A DNA stretch of 64,000 nucleotides. Source: Verrucomicrobiota bacterium. GTDB lineage: Bacteria > Verrucomicrobiota > Kiritimatiellia > CAIVKH01. The first letter of the stretch is position 1; each line of letters opens with the position of its first letter. The position numbers and the translations under genes are program-made. Shown piece by piece: positions 17,984 through 27,597 of the stretch. Location: the NCBI GenBank assembly GCA_024233345.1, contig JACKPT010000006.1, positions 84,959 to 148,958 on the forward strand. Reading direction: 5' to 3'. The notes below the pieces were generated by a model. That model made no database searches and was not told the origin of the DNA. It saw only the letters and a program-made list of their open reading frames with translations.

Positions 17984-19540
17984 TCACAGGTCCGCCAGCG
18001 GTACGCTGCGGTCGCTGCGAATGGTTCGATTGTACGCCTTAAGCATCGCGGCAATACGGTCGGCTTGGTCAGGCTCCTTGACGAGGTCCTTCCTTTCGCC
18101 CGGATCCTCGGCCAAGTTGAATAGATTCCGGGGAGCATGATCCTTGGTGACCACCAGTTTCCAGGAACCCACCCGAAATGCCCGCGTCGAGCTCTGCCCC
18201 CATTCCGGTTCGTTGTTCGACTGAATGAGCAATTCGTCTCGCTGGTGGCCGGCCTCCCGGTTCTGTAAGACACCGAGAAACGAGAAACTATCCAGTGCCT
18301 CGTTGCGGGCCAGCGCGTGTCCGGTCAGTTCGGCCAGAGTGGCGTAGAGGTCTTGCAGGCCAATCAGTGCATCCGATCGGACGCCCGGCGGGACAGGCGA
18401 GGCGTCGGTGCCGTCACCCCACCTGACGATCAGCGGAACCCGGTGGCCGCCCTCCCAGACCTGGCCCTTGCCGCCTTTCAAGTTGCCGCTGGAGTTGTGG
18501 CTGGTATCGCCTTCCTGACGCTGGGACCAGCAGAGTCCGCCGTTGTCGCTGGTAAAGATGATCAGGGTGTTGTCCAGCTCGCCGGCCGCCCGGATCCGGT
18601 CCATGAGCAAGCCAAGGGTCACATTGCCTTCAAAAATAATGTCCAGGTGTGGGGAATGACCGCTGGCGCCATCGATCTTGACCCCGCCCAGTTCTTCCGG
18701 CGGCGTATGCGGCGTGTGGCAACTCTGACTGCTGTAATACAAGAGGAAGGGCTTGCGGGAACCGCCCGCCGATTGGGCGGCATAGTGTCGGTCGAGAAAT
18801 TCGAGGGCGTGGTGAGTCAGGTTGGGTCCCACGGCGGAACTATCCCAGTCCGGCATGCCCCAGCCAGTCGCCTTGACGGCCGAGCGGCCATAGGTTCCCT
18901 TTTCCCAGGTAATTATTTCGGCGGGATTTCCGAGCAGACGCCCATTTTCAAAGTAGGCATAAGGGGGGCCCTGGATTCCCTGCGGCAGTGAATATACGTA
19001 ATCGAATCCCTTGGTCTGTAACCCTTCCGGCATCGGTTGCGAGAAGTCCACCTCGTCCGGAGTGTATTTCCACTTTTGAAACACCTTCCCGGTCGCAGCT
19101 TCGATCAGACCGCCTCCGAGATGCTCCTTGCCGAAAAACGCCGTGTCATAGCCTTGTCGGCCAAGCATGTCCGCCAAGGTTTTCTGGCCGGGTCGGATCT
19201 GGGAGGGGCGCTGCACTGTCCAAGTACCGTTGGGCTCGCGTCCCCGCCAGGGAAAATTCCCGGTGAGAATGCTATACCGGGTCGGGGCACAAACCGCAGC
19301 GGGCGAATGCGCATCCGTAAACACCATGCCCTCCCTGGCCAGTTGCTCGACATGGGGCAACTCGACTTTGCAGTGTTCGTCATAGACCCGCGTATCGCCG
19401 ATGCCCATGTCATCCATCAGGAATATCAGCACGTTGGGCGGAGACACAATCGTCTCCGCTTCTGCCCGACACACAGGCCACCCAACCGCACACCCCGACA
19501 GGATTCCCAGTAGCATCGCACTGCGTATCGATTCTCTCAT
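17984..19540 (-). CDS. Cys-type sulfatase
   Basis: NVLIFLMDDMGIGD...AAVCAPTRYSILTG (CxPxR), FGKEHLGG, FTSDNGG and GGHRVPLIV. Confidence 0.9.
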   Translation of the reverse strand: MRESIRSAMLLGILSGCAVGWPVCRAEAETIVSPPNVLIFLMDDMGIGDTRVYDEHCKVELPHVEQLAREGMVFTDAHSPAAVCAPTRYSILTGNFPWRGREPNGTWTVQRPSQIRPGQKTLADMLGRQGYDTAFFGKEHLGGGLIEAATGKVFQKWKYTPDEVDFSQPMPEGLQTKGFDYVYSLPQGIQGPPYAYFENGRLLGNPAEIITWEKGTYGRSAVKATGWGMPDWDSSAVGPNLTHHALEFLDRHYAAQSAGGSRKPFLLYYSSQSCHTPHTPPEELGGVKIDGASGHSPHLDIIFEGNVTLGLLMDRIRAAGELDNTLIIFTSDNGGLCWSQRQEGDTSHNSSGNLKGGKGQVWEGGHRVPLIVRWGDGTDASPVPPGVRSDALIGLQDLYATLAELTGHALARNEALDSFSFLGVLQNREAGHQRDELLIQSNNEPEWGQSSTRAFRVGSWKLVVTKDHAPRNLFNLAEDPGERKDLVKEPDQADRIAAMLKAYNRTIRSDRSVPLADL

Positions 19541-19619
19541 GGCTGCTTGTCCTTATTCACCGTGTGTACCCTTCCGTCACCGCTCCAACAAGATTGCGTA
19601 TTTGTATTGGAATAATTGC

Positions 19620-19648
19620 ACTATAGTGCGGAGCTAACTGTTTGTAAA
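19620..19648 (-). promoter_or_regulatory. candidate sigma70-like promoter of the sulfatase/module-protein operon, with a dyad over the -10
   Basis: On the minus strand: TTTACA (19648-19643), a 17-nt spacer, then TATAGT (19625-19620). The 12-bp perfect palindrome GCACTATAGTGC (19618-19629) overlaps the -10. It lies about 75 nt upstream of ATG 19540. Confidence 0.45.
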
Positions 19649-19896
19649 CCTTCTTTTCATTTTTTCTCACCCCCCCGCGTGGCGGCACCAAGTCATATCA
19701 ATCCGACCGCCAAAGCGAGGCGGGAAGGGCAACTTCACCCGGATGGCATCCGGGATTTTACACCAGGCAACACTTGCATTATGTTCTCCTTTACAGTGCA
19801 CCAATACGCGATGACCTGCGGGCAGGCCCAGCGGGATCAAGGACCGAACAAGAAGTGGACCCGGAAATCTGTATCGTGTGAACGGAAGTGAGACCC

Positions 19897-22800
19897 ATGA
19901 AGCAACTCCGCCTGCTTGTTATTGTGCTGCTGCCTCGGATTCTCCATGCCGCCCCCATCACCCAAGGGGATGTGACTCTTGCGCTCGGTCCCGACTTTCT
20001 TCTGGATGATGCGGCAACCGGGGGCGGAGATACCAACCTCGTCACCGCAGAATTTGACCGGGACCTCACCGGTCTGTGGATCGGCACGGCAGGCTGCGAT
20101 GCATCGATTTCCGGTATCGGGTGGGCCTCCCCCGCAGGCGGTACCACCGCCACCCTCGCAACAGTCACCATCACCTACCTCGGGGCGGACGGGGCCGAGG
20201 GCGGCGGGGACGATGTCGGTTTCGGCTCGGTTACCGACACCCTGAACTTCACGGGAGTGGGCGAATATTTCTGGCAGTTCGACACCCCCCTCACCAATCG
20301 GATTGACGGCTCCAACACCACCTTTCGCATTCGCATCGAGGCCAACGACCACATCCGCTACAAGGTTGACGCCGGCGGAGCCAAGATCAGCGTGGCGGGA
20401 ACCTCCGCCGCCCTCGGCGACCCGATAGAGCTGCTGGCCGATGGCGGGTTCGAAAACCTGACCGTGACCGAACCGGACGCCGCCACCTCCCCGTGGGTCT
20501 CGGACAACCAATGGGACAACTTTGACGTGGTGCGCGAAACCAACGTGGTGCGGAGCGGCGCTCAATCTCTCCGACTCGGCTACGACGGGCACAACGATGC
20601 GCGGGTGCTCCAGATATCCGGAACCGCCAACGCCTCCCTGAACTACGCCCTGACCTTCTGGGCACATTCGTCGAACTCCAACGACCCTGCAGTGCGGGCT
20701 GAATTCCGGACCGACAATGGCGGAGGGTATGACTTCATCGCAACCGGAACCACCTTCAAAACCGAATCCCAATGGACCCCGCACGTCCTCTACGTGCCAG
20801 CCTCCGCGCTGGCCGGCCGGAGCGGTGAGCTGATCCAGGTACGTCTCCGACGCAACGACACCAAGGGCACGGTGTTCCTGGATGACCTCAGCCTCCAGAT
20901 CGTGCCCTCCATCGGCATCCCCCTCACCGGCATCCAGGGTCTCCCGCCGCACTTCCAGCATCCGAATGGCGGCTACCTGCCGCCCATGTTCCCGTTTGTC
21001 GACCGGTTCGGGCAATACAAGCATGCCACGTGGCGGGAAAAGGTTGCCGACGAGAGTGGTCTCGCGGCCTCCGCCGCAGCGGAGGCGGCGGACCTCGCGG
21101 CCAACCCCGGCTCCCCGGAATGGAACCTGTACGGCGGGTGGGACAACGGCCCCACGCGTACTGCCACCGGCTATTTCCGGGTCGAAAAGGTCAACGGGCG
21201 GTGGTGGTTCATCGATCCCCTCGGCAAGCTGTTCTTTTCCCACGGGATCACCGCCGTGAATACGGATTCAGCGGGAACCTCGGTCACCGGACGGGAGGAC
21301 TATTTCGAGGGCCTGCCGGAACCGGGCGATCCCGACGAGGCCTTTCTCACCATCGGCCTGATGTATCATGAGGAGGCCAATGCATTCCGAAAATACGGGA
21401 CCAATTGGGTGGAAACCCTTGCCGACCTCGCCCATCGCCGACTCCGGAGCTGGGGCATGAATACCATCGGCTCTTGGTCGGATTCCGCCATCTACCTGGA
21501 GCGGCGGACCCCCTATAGCCAGGTCCTCTATGCAGCACCCGGAAGCAGCCTTGCCCCCGGCATCCCCGACTACTTCAACAGCGCCTTCGGCCCGAATGTG
21601 GCGGCCGCCCTGAACAACGCCCTCGCCCAGGGTATCGGGGAGGATCCCTGGTGCCTTGGTTTGTACTTCCACAACGAGCTGGAGTGGGCGCGACCCAACA
21701 TGGTCGCAGTCAACGACATCGCCAAAGCCGCCATCCGCAAGGGCGCCTCGCAGCCGGGAAAGATCGCGTTCCGGGACATGCTCCAGAACACCTACAACGA
21801 CAACATCGCCGCCCTGAACACGGCGTGGGGAACCAGCTACGCCAACTGGAATAGCTTCCTGACCTCGACCAACCTCCCCAACGAAATCCTCGCCTCCCCG
21901 GATTACCGGGATTTCTATTTTCTGTATGCCAGCACCTATTACGCCACCATCAAGGCCCAGTTCACCGCCCACGCCCCCAACACACTCTATCTCGGCAGCC
22001 GTTTCACCAGCAATCCGCATGCACTGGCCGCCGAGGCCAGCGCGCTGTACGCGGACGTCAGCACGTATCATCCCTACCAGGTCACCCCAAATGTACCCCC
22101 GGCCTTCCTCGATGCCGATGTCCCGGTCCTGATCAGCGAGTGGCATTTCACCGCGCGGGATACCGGTCTGTATGGCGACGGTCTGCAAACGGCGATCGAT
22201 CAGGCCGACCGGGCGCAGAAGTACCTCGGCTATGCAGGATTCGCGGTCGATCACCCCAATCTCGTGGGCATCCACTGGTTTATGTATTACGACCGCCATA
22301 CCACCGGGGACTCCACCGGCCAGAACCTCGGGGCGAACTACCAGACCGGGTTCCTCACCATATGCGACGTTCCCTACATCCAGACCATCCAGGCCTCACG
22401 TCAGATCGGCACCGAGATGTATGGGCGCCGGTATCAAAGTTTCCCGCCCGAAATTGGATTTTCCCTGACCAGTTACCCCGACATTGAGGACTCGATACCC
22501 TATCAGGCTCCATTCAGCCTCAGCGACGACAGCTCCCCGCCCGAGAACCTCTCGGTATCAGCCTGGTCCGCCAATACCAACTTCATTCCGGATTCCGCCA
22601 TTGTAATCACCGGGACCGGGTCCAACCGCACCTTGTCCGTCACCCCGACAACTGCCGACCATTCCGGTGGGTTCATTACCGTGCGCGCGATCGATGCGTC
22701 GGGTGTACGAGCGGAAACCCCGGTGTTCTTCCTGCAGGGTCGGCCGGAGATGGCCCTGGACGTTCCCAGCTCCGGTCAACCCACGCTTTCCTGGATATCG

Positions 22801-22956
22801 ATCTCGAACATTAGCTATCAGGCCGAAGCGACCCTTACCTTCGAGGAATGGACCAGCACCGGCGTTCCATTACCCGGAACCGACGGCACACTGGAGACGG
22901 GCATACACCCGGGAAATCCGGGGGGCGCCTATCGCCTGAAGCTGATCCTGCCCTAG
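19897..22956 (+). CDS. ~1020-aa secreted clan GH-A-like glycoside hydrolase (family not assigned)
   Basis: Signal peptide MKQLRLLVIVLLPRILHA. DRFGQYKHATW...YFRVEKVNGRWWFIDPLGKLFFSHGI, FHNELEW (candidate acid/base NE) and VLISEWHF (candidate nucleophile). Ig-like segment. Terminal module ...LSWISISNISYQAEATLTFEEW...GAYRLKLILP. A GTG at 19888 is an alternative start. Confidence 0.7.
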   Translation: MKQLRLLVIVLLPRILHAAPITQGDVTLALGPDFLLDDAATGGGDTNLVTAEFDRDLTGLWIGTAGCDASISGIGWASPAGGTTATLATVTITYLGADGAEGGGDDVGFGSVTDTLNFTGVGEYFWQFDTPLTNRIDGSNTTFRIRIEANDHIRYKVDAGGAKISVAGTSAALGDPIELLADGGFENLTVTEPDAATSPWVSDNQWDNFDVVRETNVVRSGAQSLRLGYDGHNDARVLQISGTANASLNYALTFWAHSSNSNDPAVRAEFRTDNGGGYDFIATGTTFKTESQWTPHVLYVPASALAGRSGELIQVRLRRNDTKGTVFLDDLSLQIVPSIGIPLTGIQGLPPHFQHPNGGYLPPMFPFVDRFGQYKHATWREKVADESGLAASAAAEAADLAANPGSPEWNLYGGWDNGPTRTATGYFRVEKVNGRWWFIDPLGKLFFSHGITAVNTDSAGTSVTGREDYFEGLPEPGDPDEAFLTIGLMYHEEANAFRKYGTNWVETLADLAHRRLRSWGMNTIGSWSDSAIYLERRTPYSQVLYAAPGSSLAPGIPDYFNSAFGPNVAAALNNALAQGIGEDPWCLGLYFHNELEWARPNMVAVNDIAKAAIRKGASQPGKIAFRDMLQNTYNDNIAALNTAWGTSYANWNSFLTSTNLPNEILASPDYRDFYFLYASTYYATIKAQFTAHAPNTLYLGSRFTSNPHALAAEASALYADVSTYHPYQVTPNVPPAFLDADVPVLISEWHFTARDTGLYGDGLQTAIDQADRAQKYLGYAGFAVDHPNLVGIHWFMYYDRHTTGDSTGQNLGANYQTGFLTICDVPYIQTIQASRQIGTEMYGRRYQSFPPEIGFSLTSYPDIEDSIPYQAPFSLSDDSSPPENLSVSAWSANTNFIPDSAIVITGTGSNRTLSVTPTTADHSGGFITVRAIDASGVRAETPVFFLQGRPEMALDVPSSGQPTLSWISISNISYQAEATLTFEEWTSTGVPLPGTDGTLETGIHPGNPGGAYRLKLILP

Positions 22957-23088
22957 CCCACCGGGAGCCAACGAGCGACAACCAACACCGCATGACACAT
23001 TGCACAATAGTATAACTATCATGTAGCCCACCCCCCCAGCCTTGTGCTACATATCCCTTTTCGTCAGGTAAACTTGTAAGGAAATTTC

Positions 23089-24246
23089 ATGTATAAACGG
23101 GTTTTGTTTTCCACCAAATGGTACGAGATGCGGGTCCATCAGGGGGTCTTGGACTACGCGCAACGACACGGATGGGACGTTATCTCCTCCCATCACATGC
23201 CCGAATCTGCATTCAACATCCCCGCGCTCGACGGACAGATCGTGGAAATCGGCCCGAATGACCGTCGGCGCCGCCAGCTCACCGAGGCCTTCCCGGGTCC
23301 GGTGGTCGGGCTGGAAGATTTTGGCGCGGGGCTTGAGGTCCCCCGGGTGCATACCGACAACTATGCGGTGGGATGCCTCGCCGCGGAACATTTTCTCGAG
23401 CGTGGCTTCCGCCGGTTTGCCACCCTTTGCCGCGCCGACTATGCCTATGTGCGGGACCGCCTTCGCGGGTTTCACGACACAATCGGCGGCATGAACGGGG
23501 GCCTGCCCTGCCTGGATATCAAGCTCAAGACCTTCTGGAGCGATACCAATCACGTTGGCAAGGAGTACCGGGCCTCGAGCCTGCAGAAACTTCTGGCCAT
23601 TGATCGGCCGGCTGGCGTGTTCTGCGTGGATGACGATGACGCGGCAGGCCTGATTCGAAGTCTGATCAAACGGAACGTTTCGATCCCCGAGGAAATTGCC
23701 GTTGTCGGAGTCAACAACGACCCCTTGACCTGCCCCTATGGCCTCGTGCCCATCACCAGCATCGACCCCGGTTTCGAGAATATTGGCTACCGGGCAGCAG
23801 AACTTCTCGACCGGATGATGCAAGGAAAGCACATCCCCCCGAAAACCCACCTTGTTCCGCCACGGGGTCTCGTGGTGCGGCGAAGCTCTGATATCCGAGC
23901 GGTGGAGGACTTACAAGTCGCCCGCGCCCTGCGCTTCATCTGGGATCACCCCGAAAACCGGAAAGCCGTCGCAGACATCGCGGCCCACGTAAAATTACCG
24001 ATCCGCACCCTGCAGTGGCGGTTCAACAAGGCCATGGGCTACTCCCTTCAGGACGAGGTCACCAAACTGCGGATCGAACGTATTAAGGAACGGCTGATCC
24101 AATCCGACAAATCCATCCGCCAGATCGCGGATGAAATGGATTTTTCCTCCGTTCAGTACCTGATCCGTCTCTTCCGAAAAGAGACCGGCGTGTCTCCGCT
24201 AAAATTCCGACGGCAGCATAAACCGAACCCGCCCGCCGTAGCATAA
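23089..24246 (+). CDS. XylR-like hybrid regulator (periplasmic-binding/LacI-like sensor + AraC HTH)
   Basis: AAGGAAA lies upstream of the ATG. The N-terminal sugar-binding-like fold includes GVFCVDDDDAAGLIRSL...IPEEIAVVGVNND. The C-terminal AraC HTH is ...IADIAAHVKLPIRTLQWRFNKAMGYSLQDEVTKLRIERIKERL...IRQIADEMDFSSVQYLIRLFRKETGVSPLKFR. Confidence 0.85.
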   Translation: MYKRVLFSTKWYEMRVHQGVLDYAQRHGWDVISSHHMPESAFNIPALDGQIVEIGPNDRRRRQLTEAFPGPVVGLEDFGAGLEVPRVHTDNYAVGCLAAEHFLERGFRRFATLCRADYAYVRDRLRGFHDTIGGMNGGLPCLDIKLKTFWSDTNHVGKEYRASSLQKLLAIDRPAGVFCVDDDDAAGLIRSLIKRNVSIPEEIAVVGVNNDPLTCPYGLVPITSIDPGFENIGYRAAELLDRMMQGKHIPPKTHLVPPRGLVVRRSSDIRAVEDLQVARALRFIWDHPENRKAVADIAAHVKLPIRTLQWRFNKAMGYSLQDEVTKLRIERIKERLIQSDKSIRQIADEMDFSSVQYLIRLFRKETGVSPLKFRRQHKPNPPAVA

Positions 24247-24258
24247 ACGGCCCTCGCC

Positions 24259-25551
24259 TCAGACAACCGGCGAACGGTGGCGGAGCCGCCAAACCCCACA
24301 CCCGACCAGCCCGCTGACCAACACCACCAGGGCCACCACACCGAATGCCGGGATCATGACCAGGTTCGGGTTCACCACCAGGGTGAAATTGTCTAAGCGG
24401 GCGAAGTCGTTGGCGTCACCATTGGGATCGTAAATATGGATGCGGACAAACAGGTTTTCACCGTCAAAGGCTGCGCTGGCCGGGTCGGTGGTCCCGGACG
24501 CAAGTTGCCAGGCAGCGTTCTGGGTCGATAACCCCGACCGGAAACTGGCCAATTCGGTTGGCGTACCCCCGATCAAGCCATTGTCGGTGATATACAAAGT
24601 CACCTCGACCTCGTCCTGAGCGTCGTCGAAATCCTGACCATCCCGCCAGGCATAGTTGATCATGAACGTGTCGTATTGCTGGATCTCATACCCTGGATTG
24701 AGGGCATGAATGCGATCTGGACTGCTGAACAAAACCGCGTTGCGGGTACCATCATATGTGCTGTCGTTGCGGGTTGCTTCAGCATCCTGATCATATCCGG
24801 TTCCAATATTCTGCCAGGAAGGTGTCAAACCGAATGACCGGCTGTTATCCCCCGAGGTATCCTCGTTGAAATCTCCATTGTACACCCCCGGGCCGATCAG
24901 GGTGCCCGCGATCGTCTGGTTTGCCAAAACAATCAGATTATCGAACCGGGCAAAGTCATTGCCATCGCCGTTGCCGTCATCGATCTCTACCGCCACGAAC
25001 AGTCGCTTTCCAACAAACTCGCCCGCCACCGGTTTGGAATAAAACCCGGAGAACACCTCGTACGTACTGTCGGCAGTTGAATAACCGGAATAAAAGTTTT
25101 CCATTGTTGTCTGTGTCCCCCCGATGAGGTTGTTATCCGTGACAAACAACCGAACATTGATCCGGTCCTGATCGTCATCGAAGTTAAACGCATCCCGCCA
25201 AACATAGCTTACGCTGAAGATGTCGCCCTGAGCGATATCGTGCCCGGTGTTGAGCGCGTGGCGACGACTCGGGTTGCTGTAGATCACCGCATTACGGGTT
25301 CCGTCATAATCTTGATTGCTGCGGGTGGCCTCTTCGGTCTGTGCGCCTGTCCCCAGGTTCCACCAGGACGGCGTCACCGAGAAATTCCGACTGTCGGTGG
25401 CGGAGACATCGTCGTTGAAATCCCCGTTGTTGATTCCCGGCCCCACGACGATGGAGGCTGCTCCGGCGGGCAGCCCAACCACCCCCCAGACACCTGCGAA
25501 TATCGCGGCAATCCACCGGGTGGCGACTTGATGCATGATTCGATTCGACAT
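24259..25551 (-). CDS. secreted/anchored protein with two tandem copies of the unassigned module and a TM + basic C-terminus
   Basis: ATG 25551 is preceded by GGAGAAGG. N-terminal signal RWIAAIFAGVWGVVGLPAGAAS. Two module copies. C-terminus NLVMIPAFGVVALVVLVSGLVGCGVWRLRHRSPVV is PEP-CTERM-like in architecture but has no PEP motif. Confidence 0.8.
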   Translation of the reverse strand: MSNRIMHQVATRWIAAIFAGVWGVVGLPAGAASIVVGPGINNGDFNDDVSATDSRNFSVTPSWWNLGTGAQTEEATRSNQDYDGTRNAVIYSNPSRRHALNTGHDIAQGDIFSVSYVWRDAFNFDDDQDRINVRLFVTDNNLIGGTQTTMENFYSGYSTADSTYEVFSGFYSKPVAGEFVGKRLFVAVEIDDGNGDGNDFARFDNLIVLANQTIAGTLIGPGVYNGDFNEDTSGDNSRSFGLTPSWQNIGTGYDQDAEATRNDSTYDGTRNAVLFSSPDRIHALNPGYEIQQYDTFMINYAWRDGQDFDDAQDEVEVTLYITDNGLIGGTPTELASFRSGLSTQNAAWQLASGTTDPASAAFDGENLFVRIHIYDPNGDANDFARLDNFTLVVNPNLVMIPAFGVVALVVLVSGLVGCGVWRLRHRSPVV

Positions 25552-25873
25552 GACCTTCTCCTTCCGCGCGCAACGCCCATGAACCGGCGCCACTTACTGC
25601 GTAATAATTACCTAAATATTGCTATATTACGCATGCGTAGTAAAGCTTTTTTCAATGTTTCCCTCTATGTCGCGATCGCCCTCCCCCGGGCGATGGACCG
25701 TGGACAACAACGGGGTAAAAGGAGAGGGATGCTGCATTATTTTGTTATTTTTATTGCATTTTCATGCATATTATGCCAACCTTACACCCTAGCACTGAGG
25801 TCGTGCGGCGACCCGGACGCCCGGCGTCGGGACAAGGGAACGCCCCCGAACCACACTCAAGAAGGAGAAAAAA

Positions 25874-26260
25874 ATGAAAGCCGTACTGTTCGCGCTGGCC
25901 GCTCTGGTATTCAGCACCACCCTCGTAAGGGCTCAGGAAGAGGAAGAGGGCTGGACCAAGGAAAAATACATAAAGACCATGCTTGAGTGGTCCAAGAAGG
26001 ATCCAAAGTGGAACCCGACACGGGAATCCCTGGAAGCCAACTTCAACGAGCGGGATGTCGACGGCGATGGCCGCCTGACCACGACGGAACGCAAGGCCAA
26101 GGTGAAAAGCCAGTACATCAGACAGCAAATGCAATGGGCGGCGAAGGATCCAAGTTGGAATCCTACCGAAGAGAGCTTGTCCGCCAAGTTCGATGAACTC
26201 GACACCAACCACGACGGTTTGCTGTCCGAGGAAGAACAGGCCTCGGGTAAGAAGAAATAA
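25874..26260 (+). CDS. small secreted protein with two EF-hand-like repeats
   Basis: Strong SD (AAGGAGA) and a signal peptide. An internal ~50-aa duplication is present, each copy with a DxDxDG-type loop (DVDGDGRLT, DTNHDGLLS) and the motif KDP[KS]WNPT.ESL.A.F. Confidence 0.7.
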   Translation: MKAVLFALAALVFSTTLVRAQEEEEGWTKEKYIKTMLEWSKKDPKWNPTRESLEANFNERDVDGDGRLTTTERKAKVKSQYIRQQMQWAAKDPSWNPTEESLSAKFDELDTNHDGLLSEEEQASGKKK

Positions 26261-26276
26261 GGCCGGGTCTAGCACA

Positions 26277-26305
26277 GGCTGCCGCAGGCGCATGCTGCGG
26301 CAGCC
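26277..26305 (+). terminator. GC-rich hairpin downstream of the EF-hand gene (no U-tract)
   Basis: GGCTGCCGCAG-GCGCATG-CTGCGGCAGCC gives an 11-bp perfect stem, 17 nt after the stop. It is followed by a C-run rather than a T-run, so intrinsic-terminator status is uncertain. Confidence 0.35.
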
Positions 26306-26358
26306 CCCCCCAATCAGTTTCCGGAGTTTCGGGGGAGGCTCCGATCGGCAGCAACCCG

Positions 26359-27591
26359 ATGTCGGAACAAAAACAACATGGGAAAGACGGGCATCCGCCG
26401 ATAGCGGACAACTTTCTTCTCCAACTCCTGCGCCGTACCCCCGACAACATCTATTTCAAGGACGCTGCGGGACGATTTCTACTCATCAGCGACGCGATGG
26501 CCCGGTATTGCCATTACGCAGATCCCGCAGACGCTCGCGGTAAGACGGACTTCGATATTTTTTCCGAGGAACATGCACAACAGGCCTACGAAGATGAACA
26601 GTCAATCCTGAAAACGGGAACCCCCATCATCGGCAAGGAGGAAAAAGAAACCTGGCCGGATGGTCATGAAACCTGGGTGAGTACATCCAAGGAGCCGTTG
26701 TTCGATGACGAAGGCAGCATCATCGGCACCTTTGGCATCTCCCGTGACATCACTGCACGCAAGGAGGCCGAGGCCCGGGCCACCCGCTATGCGGAACGAT
26801 TGAAAGCGGCCAACGACGGGATGCTCGCGGACCTCGCGCTGGCGGGCGACCTCCAAACCGCCTTGCTACCGGGAGAATATCCGGTGTTCCCACCCGGAAC
26901 GAATCCAGAACACAGCACCCTGCGTTTTGCCCATGTCTATGAGCCGTCCCAGACGGTCAGCGGAGACTTGTTTTCAGTGCACCCTCAATCGGACACCGAA
27001 GCCTTTATTTTTATCAGTGACGGCATCGGCCACGGAGTTCGGGCCGCCTTGTTGGCGTCCATGTTGTCTGCCTTGCTTCGCGATCGGATCCGGGCTGACC
27101 ACAGTCCGGCCGAATGCCTTGCCCGGCTCGATCGCAGCCTGCGGGCGATTCTCAAAGCCCAGGAGGACGTCCTCTTCGCCACTGCGTTTTGCCTCACGGT
27201 GAACGCCGGGAACGGGGAGGTGACCTACGCGAACGCGGGACACCTTTCCCCGTTGATCCTCCGAGGCGGATCCGGCACGGTCGAACCACTGGAGACAGGC
27301 GACAAATCCAGCGGACCCGCACTCGGGCTCATGGAGAACGCCACCTTCCGGTCCGGAACCGCCCGGCTATATCCCGGCGACCGGATGATTCTGTTCACCG
27401 ATGGCCTCATCGAAGCGGTGGATGCCCGGTCGGAACCGTTCGGCGAACAACGCCTCGCATCATGCCTGAAGCAATACGCCGACCACTCGCCTGCGGAGAT
27501 GCTGGCGCATGCGCTGGAGACCGCCAGAGCGTTTGGCGGCGGACGATACTTTGAGGATGATGTCTGCGCGGTATGTGTAGAGCGGAACTGA
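26359..27591 (+). CDS. PAS-domain PP2C/SpoIIE-family serine phosphatase (RsbU-like)
   Basis: The N-terminal PAS segment is ...FKDAAGRFLLISDAMA...GKTDFDIF...ILKTGTPIIGKEEKETWPDGHETWVSTSKEPLFDDEGSIIGTFGISRDITARKEAE. The C-terminal PP2C-like region has SGDLFSV...ISDGIGHG...ANAGHLSPLI...LFTDGLIEA. Confidence 0.85.
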   Translation: MSEQKQHGKDGHPPIADNFLLQLLRRTPDNIYFKDAAGRFLLISDAMARYCHYADPADARGKTDFDIFSEEHAQQAYEDEQSILKTGTPIIGKEEKETWPDGHETWVSTSKEPLFDDEGSIIGTFGISRDITARKEAEARATRYAERLKAANDGMLADLALAGDLQTALLPGEYPVFPPGTNPEHSTLRFAHVYEPSQTVSGDLFSVHPQSDTEAFIFISDGIGHGVRAALLASMLSALLRDRIRADHSPAECLARLDRSLRAILKAQEDVLFATAFCLTVNAGNGEVTYANAGHLSPLILRGGSGTVEPLETGDKSSGPALGLMENATFRSGTARLYPGDRMILFTDGLIEAVDARSEPFGEQRLASCLKQYADHSPAEMLAHALETARAFGGGRYFEDDVCAVCVERN

Positions 27592-27597
27592 TGGACC

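Noticed and set aside
19616-19891. The 91-aa ORF in the sulfatase/GH divergent intergenic region, and the similar small ORFs at 25240-25986 and 35005-35686.
   Set aside because: These ORFs have no start context, odd composition and no motif. The regions are better explained as promoter/5'-UTR DNA or as the non-coding gap.
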